From Selaginella moellendorffii (Eukaryota; Plantae; Lycopodiophyta), in assembly GCF_000143415.4 (NCBI RefSeq), contig NW_003314278.1, positions 1,024,682 to 1,088,681 of the forward strand: DNA of 64,000 nucleotides, read 5' to 3'. Positions 1-11,755 of the stretch are shown here, piece by piece (the stretch's first letter is position 1; each line of letters opens with the position of its first letter). Position numbers and translations under genes: made by a program. The notes beneath the pieces are model-generated. The model worked only from the letters and a program-made list of their open reading frames with translations, made no database searches and was not told the origin of the DNA.

Positions 1-1419
1 CTGGTGAGCTTCCCGCGCCTCTAGATTCCTTAGCAACACTTCTTGTGCTAGAGCATCGTTCTCATATGCTGTCCGCACATCGTCCCAGAAGGTTGCTGTT
101 GCGCTAGATATCACCAACCTTAAGCTCGCTTTTCGACTTAGCACATCTGCCACGATGTTGCTCTTCCTAGGCTTGTACAGAATCTCGCAATCAAACTCGG
201 CCAAGGCATTGGCCCACCGACCTTGTTTCCCTCTCAGGTCGGGCTGTGACAAGAAGTGTTTCGTTGCCACATTGTCCGTGTAAACCTTGAAGTGTCTCCC
301 AAGGTAGTGTCGCCACTCCTTGAGCGCCTTGACCACTGCAAATAATTCCTTCTCGTGGGCAGGCCACTTCCGTTGAGCCTTGTCCAACTTCTTCGAGAAG
401 AACGCTACTGGATGGTTGTCTTGCTTCAAAACTGCGCCCAACGCAAAGTCTGAAGCATCCGTGTCTACCTCAAAGTCCTTACCAAAATCTGGTAATGCCA
501 ACACCGGAGCCTTCCTCAACTTCCCTTTGAGGTGGACGAATGCCGCCTCGCATTCTGCTGTCCATACCATCTTCCTTTTTCCTGTTTGGTCCGTTAAGGG
601 CAAGGCTACTCTCGAATAGTATCTGATAAACTTTTGATAGTAGTTGCATAGCCCCAAGAACGCCCTCAACTCATGTACATTTGATGGTCGCTCCCATTCC
701 TGGATCGCTTGGACCTTCTCCGGGTCCACCTTGAGCCCGTCCTGGCCCACCACATGCCCGAGAAACTTTACCTCTTGTTGAGCAAAGTCACATTTGCTCT
801 CTTTAGCATACAGTTTGTGTTCCCTTAGTTTCTCAAACACCTTCGCCAAGTGTTCGGCATGCTCCTCTAGCGTCTCGCTATAGATCAGGATGTCGTCGAT
901 ATAGACGACCACGAAGTGATTCAGATAGGGTACAAAGATGTGGTTCATTAGCGCCGAAAATGTGGCCGGCGCATTGCATAGCCCAAAGGGCATCACCAGA
1001 AACTCAAAACTCCCATACCTCGTTCGACAGGTTGTCTTCTCGACATCTTCCTCGGCTACCCTGATCTGGTAGTATCCTGACCTTAGGTCAATCCTCGAGA
1101 AGTATTTTGCCTTTCCCAACCTATCGAACAGGTCCTCAATTCTTGGCAAAGGGTACTTGTTCTTCTTTGTATACTTGTTGAGCAACTGGTAGTCTATGCA
1201 CATGCGCATAGAACCATCTTTCTTTTTCACAAATAACACCAGCGCCCCATACGGCGACTTGCTCAACCTAACATACCCTTTGTCCACCAACTCCTCTAGT
1301 TGGCTCTTGAGCTCCTTGAGTTCTTTTTCGTTCAAACGATAGGGGGGACGAACCACTGCCTCAGCACCCTCCACCAACTCAATCTTATGTTCTATCGGTC
1401 GTGCGGGGGGCGTACCCAT
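1..1419 (-). CDS. Ty3/Gypsy reverse transcriptase-RNase H ORF, open to window edge, no gag/protease upstream
   Basis: Manual translation from ATG at 1419: [18 protein letters not shown]...PPYRL...[11 protein letters not shown]...[12 protein letters not shown]...VYIDDILI...[12 protein letters not shown]...HEKELFAVV...ADVLSR. No stop in 473 codons; absent from the ORF track because it runs off the window. Confidence 0.92.
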   Translation of the reverse strand, partial: MGTPPARPIEHKIELVEGAEAVVRPPYRLNEKELKELKSQLEELVDKGYVRLSKSPYGALVLFVKKKDGSMRMCIDYQLLNKYTKKNKYPLPRIEDLFDRLGKAKYFSRIDLRSGYYQIRVAEEDVEKTTCRTRYGSFEFLVMPFGLCNAPATFSALMNHIFVPYLNHFVVVYIDDILIYSETLEEHAEHLAKVFEKLREHKLYAKESKCDFAQQEVKFLGHVVGQDGLKVDPEKVQAIQEWERPSNVHELRAFLGLCNYYQKFIRYYSRVALPLTDQTGKRKMVWTAECEAAFVHLKGKLRKAPVLALPDFGKDFEVDTDASDFALGAVLKQDNHPVAFFSKKLDKAQRKWPAHEKELFAVVKALKEWRHYLGRHFKVYTDNVATKHFLSQPDLRGKQGRWANALAEFDCEILYKPRKSNIVADVLSRKASLRLVISSATATFWDDVRTAYENDALAQEVLLRNLEAREAHQ

Positions 1420-1803
1420 GAGGCTTGTGGTGGTCCCACGGTGTTCCGAAATGTTGTCCCAAAGTCCCTTCGGGTCGAGCCCAGCTATCGTTTGAACGAA
1501 CCACCGCCTCAGCACCCTCGACCAGCTCAATCTTATGTTCTATCGGTCGTGCGGGGGGCGTACCCATGAGGCTTGCGGTGGTCCCACGGTGTTCCCACGG
1601 TGTTCCGAAATGTTGTCCCAAAGTCCCTTCGGGTCGAGCCCAGCTATCGTTTGAACGAACCACCGCCTCAGCACCCTCGACCAGCTCAATCTTATGTTCT
1701 ATCGGTCGTGCGGGGGGCGTACCCATGAGGCTTGCGGTGGTCCCACGGTGTTCCCACGGTGTTCCGAAATGTTGTCCCAAAGTCCCTTCAGGTCGAGCCC
1801 AGC
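1347..1803. repeat. Three tandem copies of a ~159-bp unit (leader plus RT start); innermost copy 10 bp shorter
   Basis: Anchor CCCAGC recurs ending at 1485, 1644 and 1803; ORF 1385..1780 repeats a 53-aa unit. Confidence 0.95.
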
Positions 1804-1884
1804 GGGAGCAAACTGGACCAGCCAGATGTCAATCAACATGTGGTGTAATTCCCTTAACCAACCAACAGAGTCAGACCCGAGACC

Positions 1885-1896
1885 GCTCCGATACCA
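1885..1896 (-). promoter_or_regulatory. Primer-binding site (tRNA-Met-i type)
   Basis: Minus strand reads ...CTTACA TT TGGTATCGGAGC directly after an LTR end. Confidence 0.88.
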
Positions 1897-1898
1897 AA

Positions 1899-2090
1899 TG
1901 TAAGCTCTTGAGTTTGGACTTCCCGGGAGGTCACCCAACCCAGTACTATTCACACTCAAGGACGCTTAACCCTAAATATCCCAAGACCCTTAACCGATTG
2001 GAAAAGGGGGTGCACTCTTATTCATGGGCCCTTTCCCTCTATATTTGAACCCCAACGGATCGTCTCTCAAGTCGTTCCCTTTAGTTGCTT
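1899..2090 (-). repeat. 5' LTR of the left-edge element (far boundary uncertain, ~2069-2090)
   Basis: Ends in CA 2 bp before the PBS; abuts the chromodomain of the next element. Confidence 0.65.
1916..1970 (-). ncRNA. 5S rRNA-derived segment (box A-IE-box C region) inside the LTR; not a full 5S gene
   Basis: GTTAAGCGTCCTTGAGTGTGAATAGTACTGGGTTGGGTGACCTCCCGGGAAGTCC vs remembered plant 5S GTTAAGCGTGCTTGGGCGAGAGTAGTACTAGGATGGGTGACCTCCTGGGAAGTCC: about 47/55 identical, no gaps. Confidence 0.88.
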
Positions 2091-2094
2091 AAAA

Positions 2095-5000
2095 AGGCCA
2101 GGAGAATGAATCAGGTTGTCCGTAGGTTCCCAAGTGTGTTCCTTAGGTCCGTAACCCTTTCAGTCTACCAGATAGTAGAGTTTAGACTGTGAGACCTTGG
2201 AATCAAGGATGTCTTGAACCTCATACTCAGACCCATCTTTGAGCTGCACTGGTGGAGGTGGAGGAATGACTCGATTTGGAATAGGACTGGGAATATAAGG
2301 CTCAAGGAGAGAGGAGTGAAAAACGAGGTGAATTTGATATGAGGAAGAAGATGATAAGTGATAGGATTAATGATGGCAATGATAGGGAAAGGACTGAGGC
2401 ATTTGAAATCATGTTTGGGACAGGCCTAGTGGTGGAGATATTTCGCCTGAGGAGCCAGACTTTATCCCCGATATTGTAAGGGGGACAATCCTGACGATGG
2501 ACATTGGCAAATGTTTTATGAGATTCCTGAGCACGATGGAGGTGGAAGGAAATGGAGTTGTGGATTTCCTGGAGGTTGGAGACAAATGCCTCAGAGCAGG
2601 GATTTGACCGAGAAGATTTGGATGGAGAAGGAAGTGAGAGATTGAATTGGGGATTTTGGCCAGAGTTTGCAAAGCAGGAGGAAACTTGAAGGGAGGAGTG
2701 AACAGAGTTGTTATAGGAGAACTCAGCAAGGGGAAGGATATCGAACCAGTCATCTTGATGATAGTTGATGAAGCACCTTAGGAATTGTTCCAATGTCTGA
2801 ATCGTTCACTCGGATTGTCCATCAGTTTGAGGATGATATGCCGCCTATGAAGTCGGAAAATTTCCGTGAATACCAGTTTTGCCATGTTCTCGCACGAAAA
2901 CTCCTTGGTACACGGCAGGAAGTGCGCCATCTTTGTGAAGCGATCCACCACGACTAAAATGCTATTGAAGCCTCCAGAACTCGAAAGATCACTCAAGAAA
3001 TCCATGGAGATGGATTCCCAAGGACCTAAAGGGACCGGAAGGGAACGAAGCAAACCTGAAGGAAGGTGGCAAGGTACCTTATTCCAAGTGCAAGTGTCAC
3101 AGCAGGTAACAAAAGCTTTGATGTAGTCGTCCATGTGAGGCCACTAAGAGTCCCATGCAACCAACTCATAGGTTTTCGCAATGCCAAAGTGACCAGCAGT
3201 TTGGCTATCGTGGCACGCCATCAGGACCAACCTTTGAGCATCACCTTTAGGAATGTAAAGCTGCTCCCCACAGTACAACAAGCCATCTAAGAACTCGAAC
3301 TCATCAAATCGCCGGCAGTTGGGAGTCACTAGGTGTTCAGCCTGAAGATGGGGGAAAATTTCGCTAGCAAGGTCGTCAGATTGAAGATCATTTCTTATTG
3401 CATCCATCAAGGAGGAATTCTGAGGGGCTAGGGAAATTGCCATAACTTGAAGCCAATCAGGACTGAGGATAACCTGATCCTGTTGATCGAAGGTAGGATT
3501 ACCAGGCTTGAGACTGAGATAGGAGCGCCTTGAAAGAGCATCAGGAAGGCCTTGAAGCTTTCTAGGTCTGTATTTGATAACAAAGTCAAACCGACTCATA
3601 AATTGTGCCCACCTTGCTTGACGACAGCTCAAAACTCGAAAAGTGGCAAAGTACTTGAGATTTTTGTGATCCATTCAGACCGTTGTTTGATGGCTTGCCC
3701 CCTCCAAGAAATGACGCCACTCTCCAAAGGAATCCACAATGGCAAGCAGCTCCTTGTCGTGGATTTCATAATTGATCTCCGCAGGCTGGAATTTCCGAGA
3801 ATGGAAAGCGACCGGATGAAATTCCTGATCCGCTCCGAGTTGAGACAACACAACACCGATGGCAAAGTCGGAGGCGTCTGCCTTGATGAAGAAAGGTTGT
3901 GAGGGATCAGAATGGATCAAGACGGGAGCAAAACTAAAGGCTACCTTGAGTGTGTTGAAGGCTTGCTGGGCAGCAGTAGACCAAGAGAAGGGAACATCCT
4001 TGCGAGTGAAATGCATGAGAGGAAGGACAATGTCAAAGTAGTGTTCAATGAATTTGCGGTAGAAGTTGGTGAAGCCAAGGAAAACCTGAACGTTCGACAT
4101 TGATTGTGGAGGCTCCCATTCGAGAATAGTCTTGACTTTGGCAGAATCCATCATGATACCCTCAGGAGTGACAATGTATCCAAGGAACTCCACAGACTCC
4201 TGATCAAAGGAACATTTCTCAAACTTCATGTATAGGCCATCTTCCTGCAGCTTCGCCAGCACCTTGCGCACATGCTCATTGTGCTCCTCTTGAGTTGTTG
4301 AGTAGATGAGGATGTCATCGAGGTAAATGATCACCATCTGATCAAGAAACTCCCGAAAGACGTCGTTCGCCATGTGTTAGAAAACTGCTAGAGCATTTGT
4401 CAAGCCAAATGGCATGATAGTGTACTCGAAGTGGCCATAGCGGGTTCGGAACATAGTCTTTCATTCATCGCCAGGCCAAATCCGGATCAGGTTGTATGCT
4501 CCATGGAGTTCGATCTTGGTGAAGAAGCGGGCACCGCCGAGGTGTTCCAACATGTCCAAAATCAGGGGCAGTGGATAACGGTTCTGAATAGTCACCTTGT
4601 TCAAACCCTAGTAGTTGATGACTAGCCGCAAACTCCCATCCTTCTTCTTGGCAAAGAAGATAGGTGCTCTAGCTGGGGACTGCGAATGCTAATTGTACCC
4701 TGAGGCAAGGTTCTCATCCACGTACTCTTTGAGGGCCTTAAGCTCGGACGAGGATAACCCATAGATAGGCCCCCACAGAGGTGACGCTCCTTCTTGTAAA
4801 TCAATGGGATAGTTGTAAGGTTAATGAATAGGCAGTACACTAACTTTTTTTTTGTCAAACACATCCCCAAAATCATAATACTTCTCAGGAAGACTGACAG
4901 GAGAAACATGCAAAGAAAAAAGGAAAATAGATTCTTTATGAAGGAGTTCTTTCATAGTGATTGTGGAGATAGGAGAAGGTGTATGACTAAATGGAACGAT

Positions 5001-5600
5001 GAGATGAGGATACTATCCAATGTAAGATGGAAGAGAGGGAAAAGAAGAGGGTGAAAACTTCTTAGAGTCAGGAACAGAACCCCGATTTGAGTTTAGGGAA
5101 CTTTTCCTGATTTAGACTCGATGAACAGCAGGGGAATCCATGGGAGATAGTGACATGGAAAAGATGAGCTGGAATTCCTTTTCAATAGATCTGAGGCTGG
5201 TGTAGTTGGAACCAAGGAAAGTCGAGCACCACAGAGGAGGACTTGTTGTTGATGATGTTGAAGGCGATATCGGTGACGGTGGACCCGATGTGTACTCAAA
5301 TGGGCAACATTTCCCTAAGTCCAGAAGATGGAGACACAAAATGCCCGCCGATGCCTTCAACCCTCAGATCCTGTATGGTAGGAGAAAGAGGAACATGATG
5401 TTGGGTAGCAAAGTCCGTGTCCATGAAGCAGGAAGTTGCACCCGAGTCCAGTAGCACCAAAGCCTTGAGTTTTGATTGTCCAGTGAAGGAAAGGAGAGAT
5501 GGGATGCAGAAATTGCGGGAATTGGTGGTGGCTTTAATGAAAGATGGTGAGGAGCTTGATAAAGAAGAAAAATGATTTTTATTTGGGGAGTCATAACAGA
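2095..5600 (-). mobile_element. Degenerate chromovirus (Gypsy) pol: PR-RT-RH-INT-chromodomain
   Basis: VLLDSGA (~5450), YLDDILI, ADASDFAIG, GHFGIAKT, WESISMDF..VVVDRFTKMAHF, chromodomain EYEVQDILDS..YLVD*KGY..HTWEP (~2095-2237); many stops and frameshifts. Confidence 0.9.
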
Positions 5601-5619
5601 CAGCTCCTACTCTGTTTGG

Positions 5620-8600
5620 ACAGGGTCGTTTCCCGATTGCAACAGAGGTGGACCTTGAGGTAGAGTGAACTCAAGCTCACATCCTTCAGCATCAGCTAGC
5701 ACGTATGCTCTGCCTCCGATGTGTTGTTGGACAAAGTAGTGGCCGGTCCAGTGAGGGGAGAACTTCAAAGGTGGTGTCAACTACTTAAGTAGAACAAGGT
5801 CACCAGCCACAAATGGTTTGGTAGATTGTTGGTGATTGATGACTGACTTGATCTTCTGCTTGCCTCGGAGATGTTTAGTTGTGGATTGTCATTGTTCTTC
5901 CAAGGCAAGAACGTCCAAGTCACAAGCATGAAGCTTGTCCTCATTGCTAAGTTACATCGCTGAATCCAGGTACACTACAATGTCCTGTAATGCTGCTAGG
6001 ACCACAAAGGAAGTAGTGTTAGCAACCAAGAACTTGCTCGGATCCATCACACGCTTCTGCCGCATATGAAAAGTTGGCTGGAACTCTTGGATGGTCATAA
6101 TCCAAGATAAAGTACTTGGACTGTGAACCGGTCACTATAAAAGAAAGGTCAGCACATTAAAGTAGATGTGGAAATGGATATAGGCTCCAGCGAGAAAGTG
6201 ACGAAATCACTCCAAGGTGTAAACAACAACCACTACTTCTTTTTCCGCATCCACGTACTTCTTCTCAGTTTCCTTGAACAAATGTGAGGCATAGTATGTT
6301 GCATGTGGTAGCTTGCCAAGCTGTGAACATTGGCAAAGGCATACTCCAAAAGCCTCTGTACCCATTGTGATATAAATGTCAAAAGGAAGTTGTTGTTCTA
6401 GTGGTTGGAGTACCGGGACCGTGCAGAGTGACTGCTTCAGTGACACAAAGGCTTGTTGCTGGGACTCACCCCAGAGAATGGAACATTGTGTTGTAGCAGA
6501 GCTATTAGGGGCCATGAACGTGCATCATAATTGTGGAGGAAACAGCGAAAGAAACCCGTTTGCCTGAGGAAGCTGCAAAGTTGCTTCACGTTGGTTGGTG
6601 GGTTCCGATCCAGAATCTCCTAAGCCTTGCCTACCTGGGGCTTGATCCCATCTTGTGAGACATCAAAGCTCAGCAACCAGTCTTCAGTCACCCCGAATTT
6701 ACACTTTGCCGGGTTCAATGAAAACCTATGTTGTCGGCAGTGAGTGAAGATCTACTCCAAGTGCACAAGGTGGTGCTCAAAGGAGTTAGAGATCATGCAC
6801 AGATCATCCATAGGCACCCTCAAGGTGCCTCCAATCAAGTCATGAAAGGCGTGGGTCATAAAGCGCTAAAAAGTAGCTCCGGCATTACACAAGCCAAACA
6901 GGAAGACGTTGAAAGTGAAGACACCCCAAGGTGTCCAGAAGGCTGTAAGATCTCAATGATCGGGATGAATGAAAATCTGGTTGTACCCTGAAAAGCTGTC
7001 CATGAAAGAGTAGTAATGGTGTCCAGCCATCTCATTCACAATCGCATCGATAAATGGAGTCGGAAAGTGATCTTTCGCAGTTGCCTTATTCAAGTCTCGA
7101 AAGTCAATGCAGAGGCGGAGTTTTCCATTTGCCTTGTGTGCAGGGACGAGATTGGCCACCCACTATGAGCTCTCCAAAAGGTAAATAAAGCGGGCTGCCA
7201 GAAGTTGCTCAATCTCCAACTTCATCTCTAAGTGAGCTATCGGGCTGAAACGTCGCATCTTTTGACGGACTGGTTTGGCTGACTCTGAAAGCACAATACT
7301 ATGCATGATTGTGGCCATGGGAACTCCTTGAAGCTGGTTGTAGTCCCAAGCAAACACATCCTTGAAACAATAGAGGAGTTGCAAGAGCTTTGCTGTGTTT
7401 GTTGAAGTAAGTGATGTGGCAATAAAGACTAGGTCCTTGTCATCACCTAGGAAAATAGCATGAACCCTGGAGTCTAGAGAAACCTTGGGCTCATGGGGCT
7501 CATCTATCTTAGATTCCTCCCTAACTTTGGGAACTAAAGTGCAGGGAGTGCCTTTTGCCTCTCGCATCATGGTGATTGCTTGATATGATAACCTGTCTGC
7601 CCAAAAGTTTTCTTCACGAGGGACACTTTGAAAAATCACCTGAGAGAACTTATCTTTTAGGTTGACCATCCGCTGCCATAGCTCTTTCAAGTTCTCTTTG
7701 CGGACTTGGTATTCTCCAATAAGTTGGCATATGATGAGTTGTGCATCTCCAACGAAAGTGACTTGCCTAAATTTGAGATCTGTGGCCAACTTCATGGCAC
7801 TGATAGCTGCCAAGTACTTTGCTTCATTAGCTAATGTTGCTGGCAAAGTGATAGAGAGGTCGGCTACTTTGTTCTCTACAGAATCAATCATCCAAACTCC
7901 AATGCCGGCAACCTGGTTTTGGGGTAGAAAGCACCGTCAAAATAAGCTGTAATCATAGGAGTGTCCTCTTCTTCAAATAAAGATGTTGGGGACACCACAT
8001 CTGGCAAAACCGTCTTTAGCAAGTCTAGCAAGAACATTGTTGTTGGATCTAGAGTCTTCATCTGTTGTTCTCTTTGCTTCTGATGCTCTGAGAGCTCAAT
8101 GTCCAATGCAAGGACTATAGCCAAGTACTCTGCAAGTGAAGGAAGATCCTCCACCGAAGTCAAGTCCAAGTTTTGTGCTAAAGTTTCAGTGTAATACACT
8201 TGGGCCTACCGGGAGCTCCACAGTAGGAAATTTTGAACTCAAAGAGCTATAACTTGCATGCAGCACGTTTGACTGGCTTGATTCTTTCTGCCAATTGTGT
8301 GTCTGGATGTCATCTTCTATCTCCAAGAAACAGCATGACAAAATATGCTCGGAGTCATCAGCTACCGCAATTTTAGTAGGAAAATGCTTGCTGTGTGACA
8401 CCTCAGATAGTTGCTAAGGAGGATTGAGCTCGGCTGTGTCCTGTGAAAGATGGGTCTGGTCTAGAGTGACTATGTCCTTAAGCTCCATAAGAGAGAGTTA
8501 GTCCCATGCAATCGAGAAGCCCTTCCTCTATCAAGAAACACTCCAAAAAGCTAGATATGGGAGCCCATACTCTATAAGCCCTGCCATCAAATAAAGAGGG

Positions 8601-10200
8601 CATGGCTAGAAGCTCGGCTTTACTCTCAAATAAAGAGAGTGAAGCTAAGAGATGTCTCAAGTTATCTGACTCACCTCCAACCATGTCAATCGCATTGTAT
8701 GAGAAAGCATCTATCATATAGATGGTCGACTCCACCGCCAACTCAGGAAAAACCTCTATGAGCTCAAAAGGGAAGTGTGGTGTGGAGGCCATCTTAGTCT
8801 GAGCCTATTAGACTTGCTGAGAAAGAGCTCTGCCGTGGTTGTTGAGAAAGGTGGTGCTATGGGTTCCATTGCTAATTTCCATCTTGCCTTGTGGACTGTC
8901 AATGGTGCAATGGGCTGTGACTTGCCATGAGCGGCCAAGGATGATAGAGTCCTTCAAAGGGGATGTTCCAAGACGTTGGTAGTCAACCATGAGGAAATCT
9001 ATCTCAGAAATAACACCCTGCACTGAGACCTTGACACCACAGCAAATGCCTGCGGAGGAACGGTGTGGTTGGTGAAGGTTTTGAGCACGATGGAGGAGCT
9101 TTCAATGATCTGTAGCTGTGTTGAAAGGGCAGCTTTGAGAGAGATAATGTTGTTTCCAGAACCGGAGTCAACCAAAGCATCCATTCTACAAGAGGAAGTA
9201 CCGATCTGCATCGGGATGAAGAATGGACCAGGATGTCGACAATGTGCACCTCTTGAGGAGTCCTCTTGAGAGTGCTCTCTAGTGTTCCTGACCATGCAAA
9301 CTCCTCTAAACGCTGGCCGAATCCTGGGACAAGACACAACATGTCTCGGAGCGAAAAGGTGACGGGAGTGTCAACTAGCTGTTGAAGAACCAGCTCCAGA
9401 ACAGAAATAGTTGTTGGTGAGATCTCAAGAGGAGAAGAGAATAGTGACTTGAAGGGGAGCTTACAAGCCACCATCTTTGTCAGTGGATCTGGTGCCAATA
9501 GAGATTCACTCTCAACCGACGCTGGGGGATCCATGGGAGGTTGAGTGGTTGCCTTCTTCTTTGCTTGGGCTCGAGTGGCTGCGGTTTGCTGCTATTGCTT
9601 ATAGAGTTCCTCAGCTACCAAAATCATGTTGACGGATGAGGCGGGTGCCTTGCCTTTGCTTGACGAAGGGGCTACCTCAATTGCTTGTCGCTCCAACTAC
9701 TCCTAATATGTCTCTAGACCTTGAGACGATGTGGAATTATCAGTGAAGGGATGTTGGACACATTGAGAAGATGGAGGCCGAAGCTTTGGGTGAAGCTTGA
9801 AGCAGTGCTGCGTGTTGTGTGTATTCGTCTCGCAGTGAGTGCACCGACGGGACTTAAATCTACGTTCCCAAGTTGTAGCGGCCACTTTCCTGGACTCCAC
9901 CAGCTCCTGGAGCAGTTTGTCATGGTGTGATTGTTGATGAAGAATGATCTCCTTCAGCTGCCACATCTCATTAGCAAAGTTCTCAATATCTGGAGGTGTA
10001 TGCTCAATAGCGACAAGCTTTGGTGTGGACAAGTGAACAATTGCACAAGGTGACTCTGACGGGGTGATGGCTTGGTCGAAATCAACTCTAGCAATCCTCA
10101 GGTTGACAAGAAGCTCTCTTTCCAACTTTGTAGCAGATAAAAAGGCCTCATGGCAAGACTTGAATGTCTTTTTAAGAAGTTTCCGCTGCAAGTTCCCCAC
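5620..10200 (-). mobile_element. Degenerate Tat-lineage (TatI-like) Gypsy: gag-PR-aRH-RT-RH, integrase core deleted
   Basis: CCHC knuckle CTHCETNTHNTQHC, protease LVDSGSG, extra RNase H (YFDGA..NEAKY..GDAQLI..VPREENFWADRLS) upstream of RT (CIDFRDLNKA..DSFSGYNQI); only the INT C-terminus remains near 5700-5900. Confidence 0.8.
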
Positions 10201-11728
10201 ACATTCACAACCACTCTCACCTCAAATGCTTCATCTGGTGAGGTGTTCCACTTCTCTTCTTTTTCTTTTTCTTTTTCTTCTTTTCTTTCACTTTACTTTC
10301 ATGGCTTTTTTTTTTCTTACTTTCAGGGGGTGTTGCTCCATTGGACCATGGCCCATGCCTTGAATTTCATGCTCAAGCTGCATTGCCGTTTGTATGGAGG
10401 TTTCTCGCTTGCCTCAATCTATGTTCTAGGTTCTTTGGCCCTTCCCTTACCATTACTACACCCCACACATTCCCCCCCCACCCATTCCATATCATCTACG
10501 TTCACAGTTCCATCACCAATCACTTCTACCAGTGTTGCCCACACTTATCTCTAGATGCCCGTCTTGCATCTTTCATTCTTTCACCATCATTCACATCTCT
10601 ATTTGAGGTCACATTTACACCATACCACAGACACACATACATGCACCAGTAGCAAAAGACACTACGTCATTTGGTCTTGCCATTTCCGAGATATCCTTAC
10701 GACCATTTGTTGACGAGGCACTAGCTTTTCTGGAGCAACTTTCTCCCAACCGGGTGAACCTATTCACTCAAGGCACCTAGGTGAATCTTTAGGCAAGGCC
10801 ACAAAAGCTGAAGCCACTTTCTTTTGCTCCAGCACTTAGTGACCACATGCCACCTTCTTTTACTGGCAACCTAGTGACCACGCTGTCCTTTTCAACTACT
10901 GCCTTCTTTAGTTACTCTTATTTCAAAGATGGCCACCTTCTCAGAGTGCCACCACCATCTCAGCACTCCACCATATCGGTGCTAGAGCAGGCACAGGAGT
11001 AGGAGCGAGAGTAAGTGGTTACCGGTTACAAGTCCCTAGTTACTGGTTATTAGTTACTAGTTACTGGTTACTGACTACTCCGAGAGGTCAGCGCTTACTC
11101 TACAGGCCAACAGTTATAAATGGCCACCTTTTTAGAGTGCTACCACCATCTCGGCACTCCAACATACCACTTCATCTTTCATCATTTCCAAACTTACCAC
11201 CCTTGGGCAACGCATCCCCTGTTCTACCTCTCTTTCTTTCTCGATTTTGGCCAATCCTTGGAGTATACCGAAAGTCTTCTAGAGGCTGCATTTTCATATT
11301 ACACTTTCCTGAGCTAAAATCTAGGTACGGGTTAAGTTCTTTGGGTACTCACTCTTTTTCCTCTATTTTCCTCCTCTTTTCAGACTTTTTTTGCACTTTT
11401 TCTTGAACTTCAGGGTCCAGTTTGACTACAAGGTTTCCCACCGGGTTTTCCTCCCTATCTCCAAACTTCACATCTACCTCTTTTCTTTCTTTTCCACTTT
11501 GTTTTCTAGAGTTTCTACTATTTCACGCAGCTACCAGCACTTGGCATCAGTAGTAGAGGTGCACTCTACACTCTTCGGAGGGTTCTCGCGCATCTAGAGC
11601 CAGCATGATCCATTGTGGTCGCATGTTAGGGCATGGCCACCGAGAGAGTGAGAGAGACAAAAGGAATATTCTAGTCCTTAGAATATTCTTCATCTTCCTT
11701 GTATAAAAATCCTTGCCCCACAAAGGGA

Positions 11729-11755
11729 GGGGGGGGGGGGGGGGGGGGGGGGGGG
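11729..11755 (+). repeat. Poly-G tract (27 G)
   Basis: Direct read. Confidence 0.9.

Noticed and set aside
1916-1970. Functional 5S rRNA gene
   Set aside because: Only the internal ~55 nt match; the 5' part and T-run terminator are missing.
1425-2048. 207-aa plus-strand ORF
   Set aside because: Antisense read-through of the tandem repeat and LTR; no recognisable domain.
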